Position numbers and translations under genes: made by a program. The notes below the pieces were generated by a model. The model searched no databases. It worked only from the letters and a program-made list of their open reading frames with translations, and had not been told where the DNA came from. Shown in pieces: positions 39,901-52,900 of a stretch of DNA of 64,000 nucleotides; within the stretch, counting starts at the first letter, position 1; the number at the start of each line of letters is the position of its first letter. The stretch covers positions 24,986,001-25,050,000 of the forward strand of contig OZ059900.1 in NCBI GenBank assembly GCA_964057225.1, given 5' to 3'. The DNA is from Auanema rhodensis. Its lineage: Eukaryota > Animalia > Nematoda.

Positions 39901-42900
39901 CTAGGTTTCATTGACATTGCATGAGTTTGAACACATGAAATCGTAAGTCAAAACCTTGTTTACAGCGAAATTTCCAAAAACTGGTTTTCCAGCATAATAA
40001 AATTTTTCTCAAGGGAAAAACTGTGTTTTTATATTTTTCTAGTGTTCAGCATGTAAAATGCTTCATTTTAGTATGTAACACGCTGAAATTCGTTGCATTT
40101 GACGACTCATATGAACAAAAATCGATTTAATCAATATTAGCCATAAGGGGCGTGCCCTCAGAATATGCTAATTTCCTTAATTTTCTAACACCTGTTTTTT
40201 TGTCGTGAAAGTGGAACTAGACGTTGTACGAACAATTTTGAGCTAGGTTTCATTGACATTGCATGAGTTTGAACACATGAAATCGTAAGTCAAAACCTTG
40301 TTTACAGCGAAATTTCCAAAAACTGGTTTTCCAGCATAATAAAATATTTCTCATGGGAAATACTATGTTTTTGTATTTTTCTAGTGTTCAGCATGTAAAA
40401 TGCTTCATTTTAGTATGTAAAACGCTGAAATTCGTTGCATTTGACGACTCATATGAACAAAAATCGATTTTATCAATATTAGCCATAAGGGGCGTGCCCT
40501 CAGAATATGCTAATTTCCTTAATTTTCTAACCCCTGTTTTTTGTCGTGAAAGTGGAACTAGACGTTGTACGAACAATTTTGAGCTAGGTTTCATTGACAT
40601 TGCATGAGTTTGAACACATGAAATCGTAAGTCAAAACCTTGTTTACAGCGAAATTTCCAAAAACTGGTTTTCCAGCATAATACAATATTTCTCATGGGAA
40701 ATACTGTGTTTTTGTATTTTTCTAGTGTTCAGAATGTAGAATGCTTCATTTTAGTATGTAACACGCTGAAATTCGTTGCATTTGACGACTCATATGAACA
40801 AAAATCGATTTAATCAATATTAGCCATAAGGAGCGTGCCCTCAGAATATGCTAATTTCCTTAATTTTCTAACCCCTGTTTTTTTGTCGTGAAAGTGGAAC
40901 TAGACGTTGTACGAACAATTTTGAGCTAGGTTTCATTGACATTGCATGAGTTTGAACACATGAAATCGTAAGTCAAAACCTTGTTTACAGCGAAATTTCC
41001 AAAAACTGGTTTTCCAGCATAATAAAATATTTCTCATGGGAAATACTGTGTTTTTGTATTTTTTTAGTGTTCAGCATGTAAAATGCGTCATTTTAGTATG
41101 TAAAACGCTGAAATTCGTTGCATTTGACGACTCATATGAACAAAAAGCGATTTAATCAATATTATCCATAAGGGGCGTGCCCTCAGAATATGCTAATTTC
41201 CTTAATTTTCTAACCCCTGTTTTTTTGTCGTGAAAGTGGAACTAGACGTTGTACGAACAATTTTGAGCTAGGTTTCATTGACATTGCATGAGTTTGAACA
41301 CATGCAATCGTAAGGCAAAACCTTGTTTACAGCGAAATTTCCAAAAACTGGTTTTCCAGCATAATAAATTATTTCTCATGGGAAATACTGTGTTTTTGTA
41401 TTTTTCTAGTGTTCAGCATGTAGAATGCTTCATTTTAGTATGTAACACGCTGAAATTCGTTGCATTTGACGACTCATATGAACAAAAATCGATTTAATCA
41501 ATATTAGCCATAAGGGGCGTGCCCTCAGAATATGCTAATTTCCTTAATTTTCTAACCCCTGTTTTTTTGTCGTGAAAGTGGAACTAGACGTTGTACGAAC
41601 AATTTTGAGCTAGGTTTCATTGACATTGCATGAGTTTGAACACATGAAATCGTAAGTCAAAACCTTGTTTACAGCGAAATTTCCAAAAACTGGTTTTCCA
41701 GCATAATACAATATTTCTCATGGGAAATACTGTGTTTTTGTAATTTTCTAGTGTTCAGAATGTAGAATGCTTCATTTTAGCATGTAACACGCTGAAATTC
41801 GTTGCATTTGACGACTCATATGAACAAAAATCGATTTAATCAATATTAGCCATAAGGAGCGTGCCCTCAGAATATGCTAATTTCCTTAATTTTCTAACCC
41901 CTGTTTTTTTGTCGTGAAAGTGGAACTAGACGTTGTACGAACAATTTTGAGCTAGGTTTCATTGACATTGCATGAGTTTGAACACATGAAATCGTAAGTC
42001 AAAACCTTGTTTACAGCGAAATTTCCAAAAACTGGTTTTCCAGCATAATAAAATATTTCTCATGGGAAATACTGTGTTTTTGTATTTTTTTAGTGTTCAG
42101 CATGTAAAATGCGTCATTTTAGTATGTAAAACGCTGAAATTCGTTGCATTTGACGACTCATATGAACAAAAAGCGATTTAATCAATATTATCCATAAGGG
42201 GCGTGCCCTCAGAATATGCTAATTTCCTTAATTTTCTAACCCCTGTTTTTTTGTCGTGAAAGTGGAACTAGACGTTGTACGAACAATTTTGAGCTAGGTT
42301 TCATTGACATTGCATGAGTTTGAACACATGAAATCGTAAGTCAAAACCTTGTTTACAGCGAAATTTCCAAAAACTGGTTTTCCAGCATAATAAATTATTT
42401 CTCATGGGAAATACTGTGTTTTTGTATTTTTCTAGTGTTCAGCATGTAGAATGCTTCATTTTAGTATGTAACACGCTGAAATTCGTTGCATTTGACGACT
42501 CATATGAACAAAAATCGATTTAATCAATATTAGCCATAAGGGGCGTGCCCTCAGAATATGCTAATTTCCTTAATTTTCTAACCCCTGTTTTTTTGTCGTG
42601 AAAGTGGAACTAGACGTTGTACGAACAATTTTGAGCTAGGTTTCATTGACATTGCATGAGTTTGAACACATGAAATCGTAAGTCAAAACCTTGTTTACAG
42701 CGAAATTTCCAAAAACTGGTTTTCCAGCATAATACAATATTTCTCATGGGAAATACTGTGTTTTTGTATTTTTCTAGTGTTCAGAATGTAGAATGCTTCA
42801 TTTTAGTATGTAACACGCTGAAATTCGTTGCATTTGACGACTCATATGAACAAAAATCGATTTAATCAATATTAGCCATAAGGAGCGTGCCCTCAGAATA

Positions 42901-45900
42901 TGCTAATTTCCTTAATTTTCTAACCCCTGTTTTTTTGTCGTGAAAGTGGAACTAGACGTTGTACGAACAATTTTGAGCTAGGTTTCATTGACATTGCATG
43001 AGTTTGAACACATGAAATCGTAAGTCAAAACCTTGTTTACAGCGAAATTTCCAAAAACTGGTTTTCCAGCATAATAAAATATTTCTCAAGGGAAAAACTG
43101 TGTTTTTATATTTTTCTAGTGTTCAGCATGTAAAATGCTTCATTTTAGTATGTAACACGCTGAAATTCGTTGCATTTGACGACTCATATGAACAAAAATC
43201 GATTTAATCAATATTAGCCATAAGGGGCGTGCCCTCAGAATATGCTAATTTCCTTAATTTTCTAACCCCTGTTTTTTTGTCGTGAAAGTGGAACTAGACG
43301 TTGTACGAACAATTTTGAGCTAGGTTTCATTGACATTGCATGAGTTTGAACACATGAAATCGTAAGTCAAAACCTTGTTTACAGCGAAATTTCCAAAAAC
43401 TGGTTTTCCAGCATAATACAATATTTCTCATGGGAAATACTGTGTTTTTGTATTTTTCTAGTGTTCAGAATGTAGAATGCTTCATTTTAGTATGTAACAC
43501 GCTGAAATTCGTTGCATTTGACGACTCATATGAACAAAAATCGATTTAATCAATATTAGCCATAAGGAGCGTGCCCTCAGAATATGCTAATTTCCTTAAT
43601 TTTCTAACTCCTGTTTTTTTGTCGTGAAAGTGGAACTAGACGTTGTACGAACAATTTTGAGCTAGGTTTCATTGACATTGCATGAGTTTGAACACATGAA
43701 ATCGTAAGTCAAAACCTTGTTTACAGCTAAATTTCCAAAAACTGGTTTTCCAGCATAATAAAATATTTCTCATGGGAAATACTGTGTTTTTGTATTTTTT
43801 TAGTGTTCAGCATGTAAAATGCGTCATCTTAGTATGTAAAACGCTGAAATTCGTTGCATTTGACGACTCATATGAACAAAAAGCGATTTAATCAATATTA
43901 TCCATAAGGGGCGTGCCCTCAGAATATGCTAATTTCCTTAATTTTCTAACCCCTGTTTTTTTGTCGTGAAAGTGGAACTAGACGTTGTACGAACAATTTT
44001 GAGCTAGGTTTCATTGACATTGCATGAGTTTGAACACATGAAATCGTAAGTCAAAACCTTGTTTACAGCGAAATTTCCAAAAACTCATTTTCCAGCATAA
44101 TAAAATATTTCTCAAGGGAAAAACTGTGATTTTATATTTTTCTAGTGTTCAGCATGTAAAATGCTTCATTTTAGTATGTAACACGCTGAAATTCGTTGCA
44201 TTTGACGACTCATATGAACAAAAATCGATTTAATCAATATTAGCCATAAGGGGCGTGCCCTCAGAATATGCTAATTTCCTTAATTTTCTAACCCCTGTTT
44301 TTTTGTCGTGAAAGTGGAACTAGACGTTGTACGAACAATTTTGAGCTAGGTTTCATTGACATTGCATGAGTTTGAACACATGAAATCGTAAGTCAAAACC
44401 TTGTTTACAGCGAAATTTCCAAAAACTGGTTTTCCAGCATAATAAAATATTTCTCATGGGAAATACTGTGTTTTTGTATTTTTCTAGTGTTCAGCATGTA
44501 AAATGCTTCATTTTAGTATGTAACACGCTGAAATTCGTTGCATTTGACGACTCATATGAACAAAAATCGATTTAATCAATATTAGCCATAAGGGGCGTGC
44601 CCTCAGAATATGCTAATTTCCTTAATTTTCTAACCCCTGATTTTTTGTCGTGAAAGTGGAACTAGACGTTGTACGAACAATTTTGAGCTAGGTTTCATTG
44701 GCATTGCATGAGTTTGAACACATGAAATCGTAAGTCAAAACCTTGTTTACAGCGAAATTTCCAAAAACTGGTTTTCCAGCATAATAAAATATTTCTCATG
44801 GGAAATACTGTGTTTTTGTATTTTTTTAGTGTTCAGCATGTAAAATGCGTCATTTTACTATGTAAAACGCTGAAATTCGTTGCATTTGACGACTCATATG
44901 AACAAAAAGCGATTTAATCAATATTATCCATAAGGGGCGTGCCCTCAGAATATGCTAATTTCCTTAATTTTCTAACCCCTGTTTTTTTGTCGTGAAAGTG
45001 GAACTAGACGTTGTACGAACAATTTTGAGCTAGGTTTCATTGGCATTGCATGAGTTTGAACACATGAAATCGTAAGTCAAAACCTTGTTTACAGCGAAAT
45101 TTCCAAAAACTGGTTTTCCAGCATAATAAAATATTTCTCATGGGAAATACTGTGTTTTTGTATTTTTTTAGTGTTCAGCATGTAAAATGCGTCATTTTAC
45201 TATGTAAAACGCTGAAATTCGTTGCATTTGACGACTCATATGAACAAAAAGCGATTTAATCAATATTATCCATAAGGGGCGTGCCCTCAGAATATGCTAA
45301 TTTCCTTAATTTTCTAACCCCTGTTTTTTTGTCGTGAAAGTGGAACTAGACGTTGTACGAACAATTTTGAGCTAGGTTTCATTGACATTGCATGAGTTTG
45401 AACACATGAAATCGTAAGTCAAAACCTTGTTTACAGCGAAATTTCCAAAAACTGGTTTTCCAGCATAATAAAATATTTCTCATGGGAAATACTGTGTTTT
45501 TGTATTTTTTTAGTGTTCAGCATGTAAAATGCGTCATTTTAGTTTGTAAAACGCTGAAATTCGTTGCATTTGACGACTCATATGAACAAAAAGCGATTTA
45601 ATCAATATTATCCATAAGGGGCGTGCCCTCAGAATATGCTAATTTCCTTAATTTTCTAACCCCTGTTTTTTTGTCGTGAAAGTGGAACTAGACGTTGTAC
45701 GAACAATTTTGAGCTAGGTTTCATTGACATTGCATGAGTTTGAACACATGCAATCGTAAGTCAAAACCTTGTTTACAGCGAAATTTCCAAAAACTGGTTT
45801 TCCAGCATAATAAATTATTTCTCATGGGAAATACTATGTTTTTGTATTTTTCTAGTGTTCAGCATGTAGAATGCTTCATTTTAGTATGTAACACGCTGAA

Positions 45901-46997
45901 ATTCGTTGCATTTGACGACTCATATGAACAAAAATCGATTTAATCAATATTATCCATAAGGGGCGTGCCCTCAGAATATGCTAATTTCCTTAATTTTCTA
46001 ACCCCTGATTTTTTGTCGTGAAAGTGGAACTAGACGTTGTACGAACAATTTTGAGCTAGGTTTCATTGACATTGCATGAGTTTGAACACATGAAATCGTA
46101 AGTCAAAACCTTGTTTACAGCGAAATTTCCAAAAACTGGTTTTCCAGCATAATAAAATATTTCTCATGGGAAATACTGTGTTTTTGTATTTTTCTAGTGT
46201 TCAGCATGTAAAATGCGTCATTTTAGTATGTAAAACGCTGAAATTCGTTGCATTTGACGACTCATATGAACAACAGCGAAATTTCCAAAAACTGGTTTTC
46301 CAGCATAATAAAATATTTCTCATGGGAAATACTGTGTTTTTGTATTTTTTTAGTGTTCAGCATGTAAAATGCGTCATTTTAGTATGTAAAACGCTGAAAT
46401 TCGTTGCATTTGACGACTCATATGAACAAAAAGCGATTTAATCAATATTATCCATAAGGGGCGTGCCCTCAGAATATGCTAATTTCCTTAATTTTCTAAC
46501 CCCTGATTTTTTGTCGTGAAAGTGGAACTAGACGTTGTACGAACAATTTTGAGCTAGGTTTCATTGACATTGCATGAGTTTGAACACATGAAATCGTAAG
46601 TCAAAACCTTGTTTACAGCGAAATTTCCAAAAACTGGTTTTCCAGCATAATAAAATATTTCTCATGGGAAATACTGTGTTTTTGTATTTTTTTAGTGTTC
46701 AGCATGTAAAATGCGTCATTTTAGTATGTAAAACGCTGAAATTCGTTGCATTTGACGACTCATATGAACAAAAAGCGATTTAATCAATATTATCCATAAG
46801 GGGCGTGCCCTCAGAATATGCTAATTTCCTTAATTTTCTAACCCCTGTTTTTTTGTCGTGAAAGTGGAACTAGACGTTGTACGAACAATTTTGAGCTAGG
46901 TTTCATTGACATTGCATGAGTTTGAACACATGAAATCGTAAGTCAAAACCTTGTTTACAGCGAAATTTCCAAAAACTGGTTTTCCAGCATAATAAAA
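36925..46997 (+). repeat. Domain marked by the ClaI-minus AAAAGCGAT/TTATCC subtype, including a short trimeric HOR (40686-43079)
   Basis: AAAAGCGAT monomers at 38293, 39661, 41028, 42054, 43764, 44790, 45132, 45474, 46314 and 46656, and nowhere else that I saw. The CCTGAT variant is also confined to this domain. Confidence 0.8.
46158..46313 (+). repeat. Truncated 156-bp monomer (186-bp internal deletion)
   Basis: The junction CATATGAACA|ACAGCGAAATTTCC at 46272/46273 joins monomer position 115 to 302. The next monomer starts at 46314. Confidence 0.97.
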
Positions 46998-49900
46998 TAT
47001 TTCTCATGGGAAATACTGTGTTTTTATATTTTTCTAGTGTTCAGCATGTAAAATGCTTCATTTTAGTATGTAACACACTGAAATTTGTTGCATTTGACGA
47101 CTCATATGAACAAAAATTGATTTAATCAATATTAGCCATAAGGGGCGTGCCCTCAGAATATGCTAATTTCCTTAATTTTCTAACCCCTGTTTTTTTGTCG
47201 TGAAAGTGGAACTAGACGTTGTACGAACAATTTTGAGCTAGGTTTCATTGACATTGCATGAGTTTGAACACATGCAATCGTAAGTCAAAACCTTGTTTAC
47301 AGCGAAATTTCCAAAAACTGGTTTTCCAGCATAATAAAATATTTCTCATGGGAAAAACTGTGTTTTTGTATTTTTCTAGTGTTCAGCATGTAAAATGCTT
47401 CATTTTAGTATGTAACACACTGAAATTTGTTGCATTTGACGACTCATATGAACAAAAATCGATTTTATCAATATTAGTCATAAGGGGCGTGCCCTCAGAA
47501 TATGCTAATTTCCTTAATTTTCTAACCCCTGTTTTTTTGTCGTGAAAGTGGAACTAGACGTTGTACGAACAATTTTGAGCTAGGTTTCATTGACATTGCA
47601 TGAGTTTGAACACATGAAATCGTAAGTCAAAACCTTGTTTACAGCGAAATTTCTAAAAACTGGTTTTCCAGCATAATACAATATTTCTCATGGGAAATAC
47701 TGTGTTTTTATATTTTTCTAGTGTTCAGCATGTAAAATGCTTCATTTTAGTATGTAACACGCTGAAATTCGTTGCATTTGACGACTCATATGAACAAAAA
47801 TTGATTTAATCAATATTAGCCATAAGGGGCGTGCCCTCAGAATATGCTAATTTCCTTAATTTTCTAACCCCTGTTTTTTTGTCGTGAAAGTGGAACTAGA
47901 CGTTGTACGAACAATTTTGAGCTAGGTTTCATTGACATTGCATGAGTTTGAACACATGCAATCGTAAGTCAAAACCTTGTTTACAGCGAAATTTCCAAAA
48001 ACTGGTTTTCCAGCATAATAAAATATTTCTCATGGGAAATACTGTGTTTTTGTATTTTTTTAATGTTCAGCATGTAGAATGCTTCATTTTAGTATGTAAC
48101 ACGCTGAAATTCGTTGCATTTGACGACTCATATGAACAAAAATCGATTTTATCAATATTAGCCATAAGGGGCGTGCCCTCAGAATATGCTAATTTCCTTA
48201 ATTTTCTAACCCCTGTTTTTTTGTCGTGGAAGTGGAACTAGACGTTGTACGAACAATTTTGAGCTAGGTTTCATTGACATTGCATGAGTTTTAACACATG
48301 AAATCGTAAGTCAAAACCTTGTTTACAGCGAAATTTCCAAAAACTGGTTTTCCAGCATAATAAAATATTTCTCATGGGAAATACTGTGTTTTTCTATTTT
48401 TCTAGTGTTCAGCATGTAAAATGCTTCATTTTAGTTTGTAACACGCTGAAATTCGTTGCATTTGACGACTCATATGAACAAAAATCGATTTTATCAATAT
48501 TAGCCATAAGGGGCGTGCCCTCAGAATATGCTAATTTCCTTAATTTTCTAACCCCTGTTTTTTTGTCGTGAAAGTGGAACTAGACGTTGTACGAACAATT
48601 TTGAGCTAGGTTTCATTGACATTGCATGAGTTTGAAAAAATGAAATCGTAAGTCAAAACCTTGTTTACAGCGAAATTTCCAAAAACTGGTTTTCCAGCAT
48701 AATAAAATATTTCTCATGGGAAAAACAGTGTTTTTATATTTTTTTAGTGTTCAGCATGTAAAATGCGTCATTTTAGTATGTAACACGCTGAAATTCCTTG
48801 CATTTGACGACTCATATGAACAAAAATCGATTTTATCAATATTAGCCATAAGGGGCGTGCACTCAGAATATGCTAATTTCCTTAATTTTCTAACCCCTGT
48901 TTTTTTGTCGTGAAAGTGGAACTAGACGTTGTACGAACAATTTTGAGCTAGGTTTCATTGACATTGCATGAGTTTGAACACATGAAATCGTAAGTCAAAA
49001 CCTTGTTCACAGCGAAATTTCCAAAAACTGGTTTTCCAGCATAATAAAATATTTCTCATGGGAAATACTGTGTTTTTATATTTTTCTAGTGTTCAGCATG
49101 TAAAATGCTTCATTTTAGTATGTAACACGGTGAAATTCGTTGCATTTGACGACTCATATGAACAAAAATCGATTTAATCAATATTAGCCATAAGGGGCGT
49201 GCCCTCAGAATATGCTAATTTCCTTAATTTTCTAACCCCTGTTTTTTTGTCGTGGAAGTGGAACTAGACGTTGTACGAACAATTTTGAGCTAGGTTTCAT
49301 TGACATTGCATGAGTTTGAACACATGAAATCGTAAGTCAAAACCTTGTTTACAGCGAAATTTCCAAAAACTGGTTTTCCAGCATAATAAAATATTTCTCA
49401 TGGGAAATACTGTGTTTTTGTATTTTTCTAGTGTTCAGCATGTAAAATGCTTCATTTTAGTATGTAACACGCTGAAATTCGTTGCATTTGACGACTCATA
49501 TGAACAAAAATCGATTTAATCAATATTAGCCATAAGGGGCGTGCCCTCAGAATATGCTAATTTCCTTAATTTTCTAACCCCTGTTTTTTTGTCGTGAAAG
49601 TGGAACTAGACGTTGTACGAACAATTTTGAGCTAGGTTTCATTGACATTGCATGAGTTTTAACACATGAAATCGTAAGTCAAAACCTTGTTTACAGCGAA
49701 ATTTCCAAAAACTGGTTTTCCAGCATAATAAAATATTTCTCATGGGAAATACAGTGTTTTTGTATTTTTTTAGTGTTCAGCATGTAAAATGCGTCATTTT
49801 AGTATGTAAAACGCTGAAATTCGTTGCATTTGACGACTCATATGAACAAAAATCGATTTTATCAATATTAGCCATAAGGGGCGTGCCCTCAGAATATGCT

Positions 49901-52900
49901 AATTTCCTTAATTTTCTAACCCCTGTTTTTTTGTCGTGAAAGTGGAACTAGACGTTGTACGAACAATTTTGAGCTAGGTTTCATTGACATTGCATGAGTT
50001 TGAACACATGAAATCGTAAGTCAAAACCTTGTTTACAGCGAAATTTCCAAAAACTGGTTTTCCAGCATAATAAAATATTTCTCAAGGGAAAAACTGTGTT
50101 TTTATATTTTTCTAGTGTTCAGCATGTAAAATGCTTCATTTTAGTATGTAACACGGTGAAATTCCTTGCATTTGACGACTCATATGAACAAAAATCGATT
50201 TAATCAATATTAGCCATAAGGGGCGTGCCCTCAGAATATGCTAATTTCCTTAATTTTCTAACCCCTGTTTTTTTGTCGTGAAAGTGGAACTAGACGTTGT
50301 ACGAACAATTTTGAGCTAGGTTTCATTGACATTGCATGAGTTTGAACACATGCAATCGTAAGTCAAAACCTTGTTTACAGCGAAATTTCCAAAAACTGGT
50401 TTTCCAGCATAATACAATATTTCTCATGGGAAATACTGTGTTTTTGTATTTTTTTAATGTTCAGCATGTAGAATGCTTCATTTTGATATGTAAAACGCTG
50501 AAATTCGTTGCATTTGACGACTCATATGAACAAAAATCGATTTTATCAATATTAGCCATAAGGGGCGTGCCCTCAGAATATGCTAATTTCCTTAATTTTC
50601 TAACCCCTGTTTTTTTGTCGTGAAAGTGGAACTAGACGTTGTACGAACAATTTTGAGCTAGGTTTCATTGACATTGCATGAGTTTTAACACATGAAATCG
50701 TAAGTCAAAACCTTGTTTACAGCGAAATTTCCAAAAACTGGTTTTCCAGCATAATAAAATATTTCTCATGGGAAATACAGTGTTTTTGTATTTTTCTAGT
50801 GTTCTTCATGTAAAATGCTTCATTTTAGTATGTAACACGCTGAAATTCGTTGCATTTGACGACTCATATGAACAAAAATCGATTTTATCAATATTAGCCA
50901 TAAGGGGCGTGCCCTCAGAATATGCTAATTTCCTTAATTTTCTAACCCCTGTTTTTTTGTCGTGAAAGTGGAACTAGACGTTGTACGAACAATTTTGAGC
51001 TAGGTTTCATTGACATTGCATGAGTTTGAAAAAATGAAATCGTAAGTCAAAACCTTGTTTACAGCGAAATTTCCAAAAACTGGTTTTCCAGCATAATAAA
51101 ATATTTCTCAAGGGAAAAACTGTGTTTTTATATTTTTCTAGTGTTCAGCATGTAAAATGCTTCATTTTAGTATGTAACACGCTGAAATTCCTTGCATTTG
51201 ACGACTCATATGAACAAAAATCGATTTAATCAATATTAGCCATAAGGGGCGTGCCCTCAGAATATGCTAATTTCCTTAATTTTCTAACCCCTGTTTTTTT
51301 GTCGTGAAAGTGGAACTAGACGTTGTACGAACAATTTTGAGCTAGGTTTCATTGACATTGCATGAGTTTGAACACATGAAATCGTAAGTCAAAACCTTGT
51401 TTACAGCGAAATTTCCAAAAACTGGTTTTCCAGCATAATACAATATTTCTCATGGGAAATACTGTGTTTTTATATTTTTCTAGTGTTCAGCATGTAAAAT
51501 GCTTCATTGTAGTATGTAACACGGTGAAATTCGTTGCATTTGACGACTCATATGAACAAAAATCGATTTTATCAATATTAGCCATAAGGGGCGTGCCCTC
51601 AGAATATGCTAATTTCCTTAATTTTCTAACCCCTGTTTTTTCGTCGTGAAAGTGGAACTAGACGTTGTACGAACAATTTTGAGCTAGGTTTCATTGACAT
51701 TGCATGAGTTTGAAAAAATGAAATCGTAAGTCAAAACCTTGTTTACAGCGAAATTTCCAAAAACTGGTTTTCCAGCATAATAAAATATTTCTCAAGGGAA
51801 AAACTGTGTTTTTATATTTTTCTAGTGTTCAGCATGTAAAATGCTTCATTTTAGTATGTAACACGCTGAAATTCCTTGCATTTGACGACTCATATGAACA
51901 AAAATCGATTTAATCAATATTAGCCATAAGGGGCGTGCCCTCAGAATATGCTAATTTCCTTAATTTTCTAACCCCTGTTTTTTTGTCGTGAAAGTGGAAC
52001 TAGACGTTGTACGAACAATTTTGAGCTAGGTTTCATTGACATTGCATGAGTTTGAACACATGAAATCGTAAGTCAAAACCTTGTTTACAGCGAAATTTCC
52101 AAAAACTGGTTTTCCAGCATAATACAATATTTCTCATGGGAAATACTGTGTTTTTATATTTTTCTAGTTTTCAGCATGTAAAATGCTTCATTTTAGTATG
52201 TAACACGGTGAAATTCGTTGCATTTGACGACTCATATGAACAAAAATCGATTTTATCAATATTAGCCATAAGGGGCGTGCCCTCAGAATATGCTAATTTC
52301 CTTAATTTTCTAACCCCTGTTTTTTTGTCGTGAAAGTGGAACTAGACGTTGTACGAACAGTTTTGAGCTAGGTTTCATTGACATTGCATGAGTTTGAACA
52401 CATGAAATCGTAAGTCAAAACCTTGTTTACAGCGAAATTTCCAAAAACTGGTTTTCCAGCATAATAAAATATTTCTCATGGCAAATACTGTGTTTTTGTA
52501 TTTTTCTAGTGTTCTTCATGTAAAATGCTTCATTTTAGTATGTAACACGCTGAAATTCGTTGCATTTGACGACTCATATGAACAAAAATCGATTTAATCA
52601 ATATTAGCCATAAGGGGCGTGCCCTCAGAATATGCTAATTTCCTTAATTTTCTAACCCCTGTTTTTTTGTCGTGAAAGTGGAACTAGACGTTGTACGAAC
52701 AATTTTGAGCTAGGTTTCATTGACATTGCATGAGTTTGAACACATGAAATCGTAAGTCAAAACCTTGTTTACAGCGAAATTTCCAAAAACTGGTTTTCCA
52801 GCATAATAAAATATTTCTCATGGGAAATACAGTGTTTTTGTATTTTTTTAGTGTTCAGCATGTAAAATGCGTCATTTTAGTATGTAACACGCTGAAATTC

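Noticed and set aside
46166-46441. 91-aa ORF with an internal repeat; also the 84-aa and 70-aa ORFs at 40353-40607
   Set aside because: By-products of the in-frame 186-bp deletion and of a 1-bp T-tract deletion, respectively.
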